Origin: Pontiella sp.
GTDB lineage: Bacteria; Verrucomicrobiota; Kiritimatiellia; Kiritimatiellales; Pontiellaceae
Length of the DNA stretch: 64,000 bases
Direction: 5' to 3'
NCBI GenBank assembly: GCA_050290185.1
Contig: JBNKHE010000001.1
Coordinates: forward strand, 610,713 to 674,712
Positions within the stretch are counted from its first letter, which is position 1. Every line of letters starts with the position of its first letter. The notes beneath the pieces are model-generated. The model saw only the letters and a program-made list of their open reading frames with translations. It did no database searches and was not told where the DNA came from. The position numbers and the translations under genes were made by a program. Below, in pieces: positions 27,123-36,794 of this stretch.

Positions 27123-29963
27123 TTAGTTTTCCACCTTCAACCGGACAAAGAGCTGGTTGGTCATCGCAGCCCCGAGAGTCGCCTCGATTTCATCCGGTCC
27201 GGTGTTTGTGGTATAGGATATACCGGAGCTGAACCAGTTGCTGGACGTCAGGTCCGTTGTCCATTCCACGGTTCCCGTCACGCCGGAGGACGACGGATTG
27301 AACGGATGAACTACGGAAAGATAGCTGTTTGTCCACGACAGGATGCTCTGCGGAGGCGCAGGATCGGTCGGATCCCATCCCAGATAGTATTCCATCCCGT
27401 TCGGAATGCCGTTGGTGTTCGCATCATCTTCGAAGGACGCGCCCGGAATGCCATAGCTTGCGGCATATAGGTCGTAGCCGCTCTGCCCGAATGTTTCGGT
27501 TACGAAAGATCCGGGGACCAAGGTCACGCCGGAAATCGCAACGGCATCGATAATGCCGAAGAAACGGTCTACGTGCCCGTCGGCCCACATGCCGCGCGCG
27601 ACGCTCCACTGGCCATAGCCCAGCCCCAGCGCGGTATCTGTACCGCTTGTTGTCAGATCCAACGATCCGATCTGCGAACCGTCCAAGTACAGGCGCAGGG
27701 TTGAGCCGTCACTGGTCGCGACCGCGGTATACCATGTCCCCACGGTCAATCCCGCCGCAACCTGAAGATTGTGTGCAGCCCCCTCGACATCCCGGTACTC
27801 GATCGCAAGGTCGGTTCCGCGCGTGGAAAAGTAAAGTGCTGCAGCACTGCCGGTAACTCCACCGACATTGCGGCCGTCGCGACCGACGATCGTTCTGTTG
27901 CCGGAGAGATCGGTGGATTTGAATATCGCCTCAATCGTCCAGTTGATCGGAGTGATCGCCTCGGCATCGATCCCCGTTAGATACGGATTGTAGGCGGAAT
28001 CGGTGCCGGCGGCGGGGTACGAGCCGTTCTCTGTCATGCCGTAGTCGCCCTGGAGGCTGTCCGCGCTCCATTTCATCCAGCTGGATGTCCAAGCGGTCAA
28101 ATGGTTCCCGTTGCCTGACAAATCGGTCGATCCAATGCGAAAGTCATCTGTATCCATGGCACCATCGCCGTCCAAGTCGACACGATCGCCGTTACCGGGA
28201 AGGAAAGCGCCGTCCGCCGCCCCCGCATCGGCGAAGTCCCAATAGAGAACCGGGCCGGATTCATAATCCGGCGGAGCGGCAACCACGTTAATTTGAAGTG
28301 CAGCATCCGAGCTGGCCCCGGAAACATCTTCGACGCGGACGACAAAGGAATTCAATCCTTCGTATATGCTGGATGGCGTTCCTGAAAGCGTTCCATTCGC
28401 CGCCACGGCAAGCCAGGCCGGCCCATCGAGTTTGGTGAACGTCAGCGTGTCGCCATCGGCATCGTAGACCTGGTTGGTCAATGACGGAGCGGCGTAGGCT
28501 TCGCCCGAAACCGCCGAAGGAAGGATTACTACGTTGGTGGAGAACACCGGCGCCGAATCCGCGCTTTGGCCCCAAAGGTCCCAGATTTCCGAACCGTCGA
28601 GCGCATGGTTATAGACCCGGAAGTCGTCGACACGACCGTTGAACAGAGGATCGGAATACTGGCTCTTGCCGATATAGTTTTGCGTAGGCAGGAAATTGCT
28701 GAGATGGGTTCGGATGCCGAAGGTTGATCCCGCCGCCTCTCCGTTGACGTAAAGCGTGGCGTAGTCTCCATTCAAGACCGCCGCCAAATGCACCCACTGG
28801 GCCGAGGGAAGGACGGTTGTTTCGACGATTTGTTCAGAGCCAATCCCATATACCCTATCCTTGAAAGCCAGCCGCAGTGTGCCGCTTCCCGATTTCGGGG
28901 TCAGGAACATGTATTGATCCGTCCCGGTGCCGAAATCAAAGATGCGTTGCCAGTTGTTCCCGCCATCCCACCGGACCCAGGTCGCGACGGTGATGTCCTT
29001 GGCCTTCCCCACGGCATCCGGCAGGTCGACATAGTCGTTGGCCCCATCCAAATCGATGGCCTGCCCAATCATTCCGGTGGTGTATGCGGGGGAACCATAT
29101 GCGGTTCCATGATTCATATTCACGCTGTCCGAAACATTGCCCTCCAAGTCCAGCTGTACCAGCTGCGGCGACGCATCAACCCAAAGTTGACGCACGCGGC
29201 TGTTGAGGGTTTCCCCCGCTCCGGTGGCCGCGCAATGGTAGCTGCCTGCATCGGCCGTTTCGGCGTTGGCAATCTTTAGGGTCGGGCTGGTTGCCCCGGA
29301 AATATCTCCACCATTCACAAGGGCAACCCCGCCCTTGTACCACTGGTAGCTTGTAGCCACCGGCGATTCCACCCGAAACTCGGCTGTTTCGCCGGGATGG
29401 ACCAGTTCGTTCTCGGCCTCCTTGTTGTAGGCCATAATGCCCATATCGCAACGGATCCCGGCCATAATGCGAAGCATCCAGATCCGCTCGATGAATCCGT
29501 CTTCATTATCGTAGTTGAACCCGCCGGGCCAGATCGCATGCCCATCGCCGTGCAATCCGTCCCCGTAGGTATTAAAGGTATCGAACTGAGCCTGATTTCC
29601 ATACTGGCCTCCCCAAACTCCGCCGGCAATCAGGTTGGCATAGGCCGTCGTCGTACCCATTCCGAAGGTGTGCGCACCTTCGTGGAAAACCACACGTGTA
29701 TTGCGCGTACCGCCAAACCCCATGTATCCATTGTAGTTGGCCTCGGCGGTAGGTATGCCGGAGTTGTAGTAGACATCCCAATGCTTGTTGATCGAGGCAT
29801 ACTGGTTGATGATCGGAACCGCTTCGGCCACGGAATCGGCAACCTGCTGCTCCTCGGGTGAATTCGACGGAGTGAAATGGAGCGTGTAGGTGACGTCGCT
29901 CCATGCGGTCGACACGCCGAGTGCCAACACGGCATACCTTGTACGGAAAATCTTTCTGCTCAT
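27123..29963 (-). CDS. Secreted multidomain protein: HExxH zincin-like domain, Ig domain, two LamG domains, Ig/cadherin-like repeat, C-terminal domain
   Basis: VFHEGAHTFGMG; YQWYK..G.Y.C Ig; WQRIFDFG..W.HLA..LYVNG LamG; ends LFVRLKVEN. Confidence 0.85.
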   Translation of the reverse strand: MSRKIFRTRYAVLALGVSTAWSDVTYTLHFTPSNSPEEQQVADSVAEAVPIINQYASINKHWDVYYNSGIPTAEANYNGYMGFGGTRNTRVVFHEGAHTFGMGTTTAYANLIAGGVWGGQYGNQAQFDTFNTYGDGLHGDGHAIWPGGFNYDNEDGFIERIWMLRIMAGIRCDMGIMAYNKEAENELVHPGETAEFRVESPVATSYQWYKGGVALVNGGDISGATSPTLKIANAETADAGSYHCAATGAGETLNSRVRQLWVDASPQLVQLDLEGNVSDSVNMNHGTAYGSPAYTTGMIGQAIDLDGANDYVDLPDAVGKAKDITVATWVRWDGGNNWQRIFDFGTGTDQYMFLTPKSGSGTLRLAFKDRVYGIGSEQIVETTVLPSAQWVHLAAVLNGDYATLYVNGEAAGSTFGIRTHLSNFLPTQNYIGKSQYSDPLFNGRVDDFRVYNHALDGSEIWDLWGQSADSAPVFSTNVVILPSAVSGEAYAAPSLTNQVYDADGDTLTFTKLDGPAWLAVAANGTLSGTPSSIYEGLNSFVVRVEDVSGASSDAALQINVVAAPPDYESGPVLYWDFADAGAADGAFLPGNGDRVDLDGDGAMDTDDFRIGSTDLSGNGNHLTAWTSSWMKWSADSLQGDYGMTENGSYPAAGTDSAYNPYLTGIDAEAITPINWTIEAIFKSTDLSGNRTIVGRDGRNVGGVTGSAAALYFSTRGTDLAIEYRDVEGAAHNLQVAAGLTVGTWYTAVATSDGSTLRLYLDGSQIGSLDLTTSGTDTALGLGYGQWSVARGMWADGHVDRFFGIIDAVAISGVTLVPGSFVTETFGQSGYDLYAASYGIPGASFEDDANTNGIPNGMEYYLGWDPTDPAPPQSILSWTNSYLSVVHPFNPSSSGVTGTVEWTTDLTSSNWFSSGISYTTNTGPDEIEATLGAAMTNQLFVRLKVEN

Positions 29964-29996
29964 GACTATCCTCTTTTTATTACCCGCTCGGGGTTC

Positions 29997-32717
29997 TTAT
30001 TTTTTCAGACGGTAAAACGCCTTCTCCGCCGGAAGAGGCAACGAGACAGACAGTCCGTTCGTTGAGTTTCCGACGGCATTGGTTACGGTTGTCCAAAGAT
30101 TGGATGCACCCAATTCATCCGAATGCGCCAACGTAAATCCCACCGTATTTCCGGGCCAGGTCAACGTGCTCATTCCTCCCGATATATCGAGGTTCAGACC
30201 TGGAGTTTCCTTTACCAACACATCCGGTCCGGCCAGATAGTGGCCGTAGATATCATACCAGGACAGCACCTCGGAATAGATCCGCACTTCGTCATATTCC
30301 ACATGGGAGTTGGAGTCCCCGCTCCACTGCGAACGGCCCAGCCAGTTGTTTACGTCTTCGATATCCTGCAACTGGAAAGGCACATCGCGCCAACCGATCT
30401 GATAGCCGTCGCGATAAAGCGTCATGCGACCACCCGTAGCACCGAAGAACCCGACGCCGTCCTCGAAGGTGAAGACATAGTGATAGCGGGTACCCACCGT
30501 CGTGTCCATGCACGTGCCTGATACCGCATCTTTATTGGTATTGGCGGAGTCGACCATGGCGCAATTTTGCTTATTAATATCAGTGCCGACATTGATGGTC
30601 CAGTACATCGCGTTTAACGCCGAGGTTCCGCCGGATGCGGGACCAGTCCACTCGCCTCCGCCATCGCCCGTTTCTGCTGTTCTTCCGAACGAGAAAAGCC
30701 GTTGCCAGTTTTTCGAGGCGGCTGGCGTTGCCCAGATTTCCACCGTCACATTGGTGAGCGATGAAATGATACCATTGGGCAAGTCGAGATAGGCCGCATC
30801 GCCTGTTGCGGTCGTGTCACCGGGCAGTAGCAATCCCGTACCGCTGAAAGTCGCACGGTTGCCGTTCACCACGGCTTCCACGCCGGAAACCGCATCCGTG
30901 ATCGTCGTGCCCGACGAAACGGAGCCCGCGGCATCATCGAACGACCAGCGATAAACCAACGACGACAGATTGGTCACATTATCCTGCATCGGTTCGATAA
31001 AGGCTCCCAAAGCCGACAGCGGCGCTGCAAATACCGTACAGTGGTGCGGCGGGCCTCCATCATATCCATAATCGGGGACATAGCTCTTCTTCGGCATGTC
31101 CGTGAGCGCAGTTACATCCGTCCAGTTGGTGGTATCGGAGGAAACCGCCATGCCAAACACGTCATCGCCATAGCCATAGTTGTCGTAGCATAGGTGCCAG
31201 GAATCCCCGATCTTGAACAGGCATGGCCCCTCGTCCCCGCCGGAAGTTGCCTGACGGGGATTGGTCCAGGGTCCATACGGCGTGCTGCTATCCAGCACCC
31301 ATATCTGGGCATTATCCTTGTAGGCCATGATATAGTGGCTCGCAGCGACCTTGGCTACAAAACCATCGATCTGCTCGCCCGTCGGATTCGAAGCATTCCA
31401 GTACATGACAACAGGATCGGCAAAGGTCGCGAAGTCGGTCGTCGTCGTATAATAGATCCGGATCGCATTCCCGCCGACGCCGGATGAGAATGCGATCAGG
31501 TATTGATCAAGGACCTCGTCGTAGAAAATCTCCGGCGCCCAGGTGTGATCTACCGCACTCGGCTCGTTTTCCCAGATCTGCACCAGTTTGACATTCGACC
31601 AATGGACCAGATCGGGCGATTCGGCATAGCCGAAGGAGCGGGAATTGATGTCCGAAGTAAAGACCAGATGATACAAGCCGTCGGGGCCATGGACCATGGA
31701 TGGGTCGCGAACGAGATTTTGGTAGCCGTCCGTGTTGTCTGCATCGTCGCCCGGGAACTCCGGCGGCACGAAAACGGGATGGCCGTTGTTCAACGGCTTG
31801 AAGTCGTATCCATTGGTACTCCAGCTCAGAAAAACCCCGCTGTTTCCGCCGGCCGGATAGTAGCCTTCGTGGTAGCACATGAGATACACCGTCTCGTTCG
31901 TTACCCCGGCCAATGCCCCCCCCACCTTGCTGGGCGTCGGCGGAGGCGGCGGTTCAATCACAATGTTCGTCGACGGGAACGAGGTATCCACGCCGGAGGT
32001 CCGGTAGAGATTATCGATATGAACCGTATCGGTTAGATGCTGCGTAAAGGCAAAAGCCTCCAGATTTACCGGATCGGTAATCCGCCCAAACTGGACGTTG
32101 GCAAGACCGAGCGTGCTATTGGTGGTACCGGTGGACCAATAGACATCGAATGTCTTCGCACTATTATCAACGACAAGCCAGATGTTGTACCATTGGCCGG
32201 TGCTGATCGAGGTGATGGAGGTATCCCCAATATTATCGCCGTACGCTTTCAACTGCCCACCGGCGATGTAGGGCATGACCGAGTAATCCTGCCAGGAGTT
32301 GTTTTCATCCACCGTAGCCGTATTCTCCGCTAATCCGAACATGCAATCGAAGCTGCTGTCTTCGACCATAAACTGGAAGAAATAGGTGGCCGTGTCCCCA
32401 TCGGCAAGACTGTAATCGTTCGTGAAATTATTTTTGAGATCGGTTTCGGCCCCACGCCATGCGCCGCCACCGTATGCGGCAATCGACTGATCCCCGAACG
32501 CATCATCGTCATAGATGTGCGCCCGGCTGGTTCCGTCTACGATGCCCACCCAAACATCCTGGCCCACCGCTGCATCATAGGTGATCCCATCACCGATCAG
32601 GGTACTTGAGCTGTTATCGTAGGCATCATAATTATCGACGAGCGCCCACTGCGCCTGCGCGGCGGCCCCAAGCCCCAGCACCGCCGCACCAACCAATCTC
32701 ATTTTCATTCCACTCAT
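29997..32717 (-). CDS. Secreted GH43-like hydrolase with LamG domain and C-terminal FYRL domain
   Basis: VRDPSM, WAPEI, QIDG, DEGP, HH.T propeller motifs; WQRLFSFG..NNWLGRSQ LamG. Confidence 0.85.
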   Translation of the reverse strand: MSGMKMRLVGAAVLGLGAAAQAQWALVDNYDAYDNSSSTLIGDGITYDAAVGQDVWVGIVDGTSRAHIYDDDAFGDQSIAAYGGGAWRGAETDLKNNFTNDYSLADGDTATYFFQFMVEDSSFDCMFGLAENTATVDENNSWQDYSVMPYIAGGQLKAYGDNIGDTSITSISTGQWYNIWLVVDNSAKTFDVYWSTGTTNSTLGLANVQFGRITDPVNLEAFAFTQHLTDTVHIDNLYRTSGVDTSFPSTNIVIEPPPPPTPSKVGGALAGVTNETVYLMCYHEGYYPAGGNSGVFLSWSTNGYDFKPLNNGHPVFVPPEFPGDDADNTDGYQNLVRDPSMVHGPDGLYHLVFTSDINSRSFGYAESPDLVHWSNVKLVQIWENEPSAVDHTWAPEIFYDEVLDQYLIAFSSGVGGNAIRIYYTTTTDFATFADPVVMYWNASNPTGEQIDGFVAKVAASHYIMAYKDNAQIWVLDSSTPYGPWTNPRQATSGGDEGPCLFKIGDSWHLCYDNYGYGDDVFGMAVSSDTTNWTDVTALTDMPKKSYVPDYGYDGGPPHHCTVFAAPLSALGAFIEPMQDNVTNLSSLVYRWSFDDAAGSVSSGTTITDAVSGVEAVVNGNRATFSGTGLLLPGDTTATGDAAYLDLPNGIISSLTNVTVEIWATPAASKNWQRLFSFGRTAETGDGGGEWTGPASGGTSALNAMYWTINVGTDINKQNCAMVDSANTNKDAVSGTCMDTTVGTRYHYVFTFEDGVGFFGATGGRMTLYRDGYQIGWRDVPFQLQDIEDVNNWLGRSQWSGDSNSHVEYDEVRIYSEVLSWYDIYGHYLAGPDVLVKETPGLNLDISGGMSTLTWPGNTVGFTLAHSDELGASNLWTTVTNAVGNSTNGLSVSLPLPAEKAFYRLKK

Positions 32718-32799
32718 TTCTTTTGATATTGCGCAGGCCGCATGCCAGCTGATTTATAATAAAAATATAGCCCATTCCCCTTAAGGTAATGGGCCATTG

Positions 32800-32826
32800 A
32801 AAAAATCGGCGGCGCGGACGCCGCCA
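32800..32826 (-). terminator. Intrinsic terminator after PEP-CTERM gene
   Basis: GGCGGCG-TCCG-CGCCGCC-GATTTTTT on minus strand. Confidence 0.6.
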
Positions 32827-32849
32827 ATATTTATGAACCACAAACACTA

Positions 32850-33716
32850 TTAGATCATGAAGCGGCGACGGGCAAACAACAGGCCTGCGCCAGCAATACC
32901 GATCAGGCCAAGCGTGGCCGGTTCCGGAATGTTGGTGATAACCACGTTATCGACATAACCGTCCACCCGGTCTCCATGTCCGTCGCCGTACATGCCGCGG
33001 CCAACCGTCCAGCCATATTTCGGGCCGCTGGCACCTTCCACTTCACCGGTCTGCAAAGCAACTAGGGAGGAATCCGTGGCACCGCTTATATCCAAGGTGT
33101 TTTCCAAGGCACCGTTTACATAGAGGCGCAGAGTAGCTCCATCGCTGGTAGCTTTCACGTTGTACCATGAAGATGCGGATGCCAAGGTCGAGCCGTCCAG
33201 AATAAAACGGTCTCCGGACGCCGTCGCAAAGTTAATTCGGAAGGCGCCGGTATCGACCTTCTGCAGGTAGAGCGCCGCGGCATTTGCGTCACCGCCTAGA
33301 TTGATCCCATCCTTGCCGACGAGAGTCTGATAGCCACCAGTGCCATTGAAGTACACGTCCGCCTCGATCGACCACATGGCCAAGGCTCCGACAGCACTTC
33401 CGCCCAGCTGCAAGTCGCCGTCAGTCTGGGTTCCACCGAAGGATCCGGTTCTGTATCCAGCCAGCGTGGTGTTTCCGCCAATGTTCTGCGCCACGCCATA
33501 ACCACCATTGAAATAGTTGTAAAGGTGGTTTCCATTGCCCGAGGTGTCATCAATATAATCACCGTCATTGATTGTGACGAGATCGTTGGCGGTCAGGGTT
33601 TGACCATCCGTGGCGGCAACGCCATTGATGCTTTCATAATCCCAGCTCGCGATCACTGCCGCATGGGAAGCCGCAGCGAAAACAAGCATCCCTCCTAATA
33701 TTACTAATTTTCTCAT
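32850..33716 (-). CDS. PEP-CTERM protein with LamG-like domain
   Basis: Start MRKLVILGG (SD AGGAG); C-terminus IPEPATLGLIGIAGAGLLFARRRFMI. Confidence 0.92.
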   Translation of the reverse strand: MRKLVILGGMLVFAAASHAAVIASWDYESINGVAATDGQTLTANDLVTINDGDYIDDTSGNGNHLYNYFNGGYGVAQNIGGNTTLAGYRTGSFGGTQTDGDLQLGGSAVGALAMWSIEADVYFNGTGGYQTLVGKDGINLGGDANAAALYLQKVDTGAFRINFATASGDRFILDGSTLASASSWYNVKATSDGATLRLYVNGALENTLDISGATDSSLVALQTGEVEGASGPKYGWTVGRGMYGDGHGDRVDGYVDNVVITNIPEPATLGLIGIAGAGLLFARRRFMI

Positions 33717-33790
33717 TTTTTCTCTCCTTTTGTTGAATTGCCCCGCCGCCGGACCATCCGGTGGCGGGGCAAAAGTTCGGTGGGCTGTGG

Positions 33791-35776
33791 TTATTCCCCA
33801 TAGACACGGAAGAATTCCGCGGGGTCTCCGCTGACCGAGAAGCTGGTATTGTTTCCGGCTCCACCACTCAAGCCGGTTGCACCCGCCACGGGGTTCCAAG
33901 TGGGCGAAGTCAGGCTCGTTTTCCTTTCGATCCGGTAGGTGCCGATGACATCGGAATTCCAATTGATCGTTACGCTGCCACCTGCAATCGAGATCGAGTT
34001 GATCGTCGGGGCAAAGGCTGGGCCTCCGGGTGTCTCAACGAGCTGAATCGCATTGAAGCCACCATCGCCGCTCTGGGCACGGATAGCGATCACTCCTGCG
34101 GCACTGGCCGTGACGTTGGAGAAGACCACATAGTTGCCCGATGTATTCGTCGGCGTGGCCTGCACAAAGTCCTCGTAGGCACTTGCTGTGCTGGGCTGAC
34201 GAACGAGTTCCAGGGAGTTGGCCGCCGAACTCGTTCCATTCGTTAGCGTATAGGTAACTGCAGCCGAGGTGTTCCACGTCCATGTGAAATACACGTAGAC
34301 ATCGTAGGTGGAATTGGTATTGAGGCCCGATAGCAATACACTGCCGTCAAAGTTTGCAACTCCCCAATATCCTTGGTTCAACGCTGTGACGGGCGAACCG
34401 GCATTGGCGGAGCTCCAATCACGATTACTACCCGACCACGTAAAGTTTATACTGCTACTACCGTCGGTCGCATTGGTAGCCACGAGGGTGGCAGGTTCAT
34501 TCGTTGTGGTCGCAGAGGTCGAATCCTCGACATAGTTATTCCAATAGTTGGCTCCGGTTGAATCCCCGACAGCAGGAATGATTGTCCCGTTCGGCACCTC
34601 AACATTGGCGTTCGCCCGACCTGCAATGTTGATGTTGTACAAAATGCTGCCCGAAGGAATGGTTTTCGCTATAGTGAAAAACCAATCGTTGGTGGCTGCA
34701 TTGGATGCGTTGTCGACGTAAACCACCCTGCCGGTATATGATCCTTCGGCAAGATTGCCGGCCGAATAACTGATGGTATGGGATGAACCGCTAGTGGAAA
34801 AGCTGTCTTTAACCAGCACTCCATCCAGATAAAGACCTGCCGATGAAAGGGTTGCCGTCCCCCAATCAGAAATTTCGGCAGCCAGAACAACCGGATTGAC
34901 GGTAGGGCCTTCCGGAGACACGGAGTTAAGAACCAGCTCATTTTTGGAGAGGACAAAGGTGCTTAAATCCAATGCGGTATCCGAAATCGCCACCGCATCA
35001 ATTTTCCCGTTGAACCAATCGCCCCGGTTTCCCCCATACAGTCCGCGGCCCACCGACCACCCGCCGGCATGCCATTCGCTTCCGCTGGTTGTACCGATCG
35101 CCAGTCCACCCATGGCGGTGGCCGACGATGCAACCACGGCACCATCTAGATAGAGGGAAACCGTTGAGCCATCGCTCGTTCCCGCAAGATGATGCCATTT
35201 TTCGGGGTCGGCCAGGACGGTAACCGAGCTGATCAGCCGAACCCTATTGCCACTAACATCGGTAAACTCGAAAATAACATGATTGGCGTTATCAAGGCCG
35301 AAGTAGAGCGCGGCATTGGCGGCAGCACCTGACAAGTTCTGTCCGTCGCGGCCAACGAGGGTACGGAATGACCCATCACCGCCATCAACCGTGAAAAGGG
35401 CTTCAACCGTAAGATTCGTCGGGGTTGCCGTTTCGACATCGACTCCACTGGGGCCGCTCTGGGTGGACCAAGTGAAGGCCGACGGAGTGGTGCCGGATGG
35501 AGTAATGGCAAAATCTCCGGCATAACTGTTGTTCGTCCAAGTGTAGCCACCGTTGGACGAATCCCATACCGTCAAATGGTTTCCGTTTCCGGATTTATCT
35601 GTCGCCGCTTCGTTCCATACCGTATAGGCAGTCGAATCCGGCAATGCCACACCATCCGCGGCACCCAGCAAAGGGTCGTTGAAATCCCAATGTGCCAAGA
35701 TTGAGGCTTGCGAGACCGAAGCCGCCAACAGCGCCCCCGCAACTAGCATTGCATATCTACTTCTTTTCATGTTCAT
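33791..35776 (-). CDS. Secreted LamG-domain protein with Ig-like, unknown beta-domain and C-terminal FFR domain
   Basis: Signal peptide; DKSGNGNHL, WHHLAGTSDG..LYLDG; ends EFFRVYGE. Confidence 0.87.
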   Translation of the reverse strand: MNMKRSRYAMLVAGALLAASVSQASILAHWDFNDPLLGAADGVALPDSTAYTVWNEAATDKSGNGNHLTVWDSSNGGYTWTNNSYAGDFAITPSGTTPSAFTWSTQSGPSGVDVETATPTNLTVEALFTVDGGDGSFRTLVGRDGQNLSGAAANAALYFGLDNANHVIFEFTDVSGNRVRLISSVTVLADPEKWHHLAGTSDGSTVSLYLDGAVVASSATAMGGLAIGTTSGSEWHAGGWSVGRGLYGGNRGDWFNGKIDAVAISDTALDLSTFVLSKNELVLNSVSPEGPTVNPVVLAAEISDWGTATLSSAGLYLDGVLVKDSFSTSGSSHTISYSAGNLAEGSYTGRVVYVDNASNAATNDWFFTIAKTIPSGSILYNINIAGRANANVEVPNGTIIPAVGDSTGANYWNNYVEDSTSATTTNEPATLVATNATDGSSSINFTWSGSNRDWSSANAGSPVTALNQGYWGVANFDGSVLLSGLNTNSTYDVYVYFTWTWNTSAAVTYTLTNGTSSAANSLELVRQPSTASAYEDFVQATPTNTSGNYVVFSNVTASAAGVIAIRAQSGDGGFNAIQLVETPGGPAFAPTINSISIAGGSVTINWNSDVIGTYRIERKTSLTSPTWNPVAGATGLSGGAGNNTSFSVSGDPAEFFRVYGE

Positions 35777-36155
35777 CTCCTCTTGTTTTATACCCATAGC
35801 TCTAAATCAAAGAAATAGAGCCCGATCATCCATTTCGACGAACTGGAATCACACTTTGTTCATATATATAAACGGAAAAAACACGTGGATCCCCTCAGCA
35901 TATTTATACAAAGTTTGTTACACAGACAGCATCACCGGTAGGCCACATCGCACCCCGGCCACTAAACAAACCACAAAACCCTCTCTACAGGAAACTTACG
36001 ACTATTTCCACGAATCCTTACAGTCGACCAACAGGCCCGAAAGACGTTCAAAAACCTCCGCCTGACCGTGTAGAAACCGAGGTTTTCCAAACTGCCACGG
36101 CCGAGGGATGAAATCATGCAAGACTTGCACGCAATCATGATGAAAGCTTTTCGCA

Positions 36156-36184
36156 TTGCACCGATCTATGAAGACTCGCATACT
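36156..36184 (+). promoter_or_regulatory. Putative sigma70 promoter for ECF/STK pair (possibly leaderless mRNA)
   Basis: TTGCAC-N17-CATACT ending 8 nt before ATG 36193; no SD. Confidence 0.45.
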
Positions 36185-36192
36185 GGTTAATC

Positions 36193-36750
36193 ATGAATGA
36201 TTTCACCAGAGCTCTCCACTCGGTTGCCCAGGGGGATAACCATTCCTCCGATGCGCTACTGCCGCTGGTCTACGACGAACTCCGCAGACTGGCCTATGCA
36301 CATATGGCCCAGCAGTCGCCCAACCATACCCTACAACCGACCGCACTGGTCCACGAAGCATGGTTACGGATGGTCGGCAATGAAGATCGCACCTGGCAGA
36401 ATCGCACCCATTTCTTTGCCACGGCAGCGACGGCCATGCGGAATATACTCATCGATCACGCCAGAAAGAAATCGCGGATAAAGCGGGGCGGAGACCAGAT
36501 ACGGGTGGACATGGAGCATCTGGATTCCGTCGTTCCCGAGCTGGATGAGTTTATCTTGATGGTGGAGGAGGCGCTCCAGCGCCTGGAACAGGTGAATCCA
36601 AAATGGGCGCGCATTGTCGTCATGAAATACTATGGAGGAATGACCAACAAGGAAGTCGCCGGCGCTCTGGAAATAAGCGAAAGCTCGGTTGAGCGCTATT
36701 GGGCGGGAGCCAAAGCCTGGCTGCTGAACGAGATCCGTTCCCGGCCATGA
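36193..36750 (+). CDS. ECF sigma factor, TIGR02999-like (STK-associated)
   Basis: LLPLVYDELRRLA..HTLQPTALVHEAWLR..AMRNILIDHAR..KRGG. Confidence 0.93.
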   Translation: MNDFTRALHSVAQGDNHSSDALLPLVYDELRRLAYAHMAQQSPNHTLQPTALVHEAWLRMVGNEDRTWQNRTHFFATAATAMRNILIDHARKKSRIKRGGDQIRVDMEHLDSVVPELDEFILMVEEALQRLEQVNPKWARIVVMKYYGGMTNKEVAGALEISESSVERYWAGAKAWLLNEIRSRP

Positions 36751-36794
36751 CTGAAAACCAACGAAGGTCACGGACCTTCCAGAATGCGACCTGA

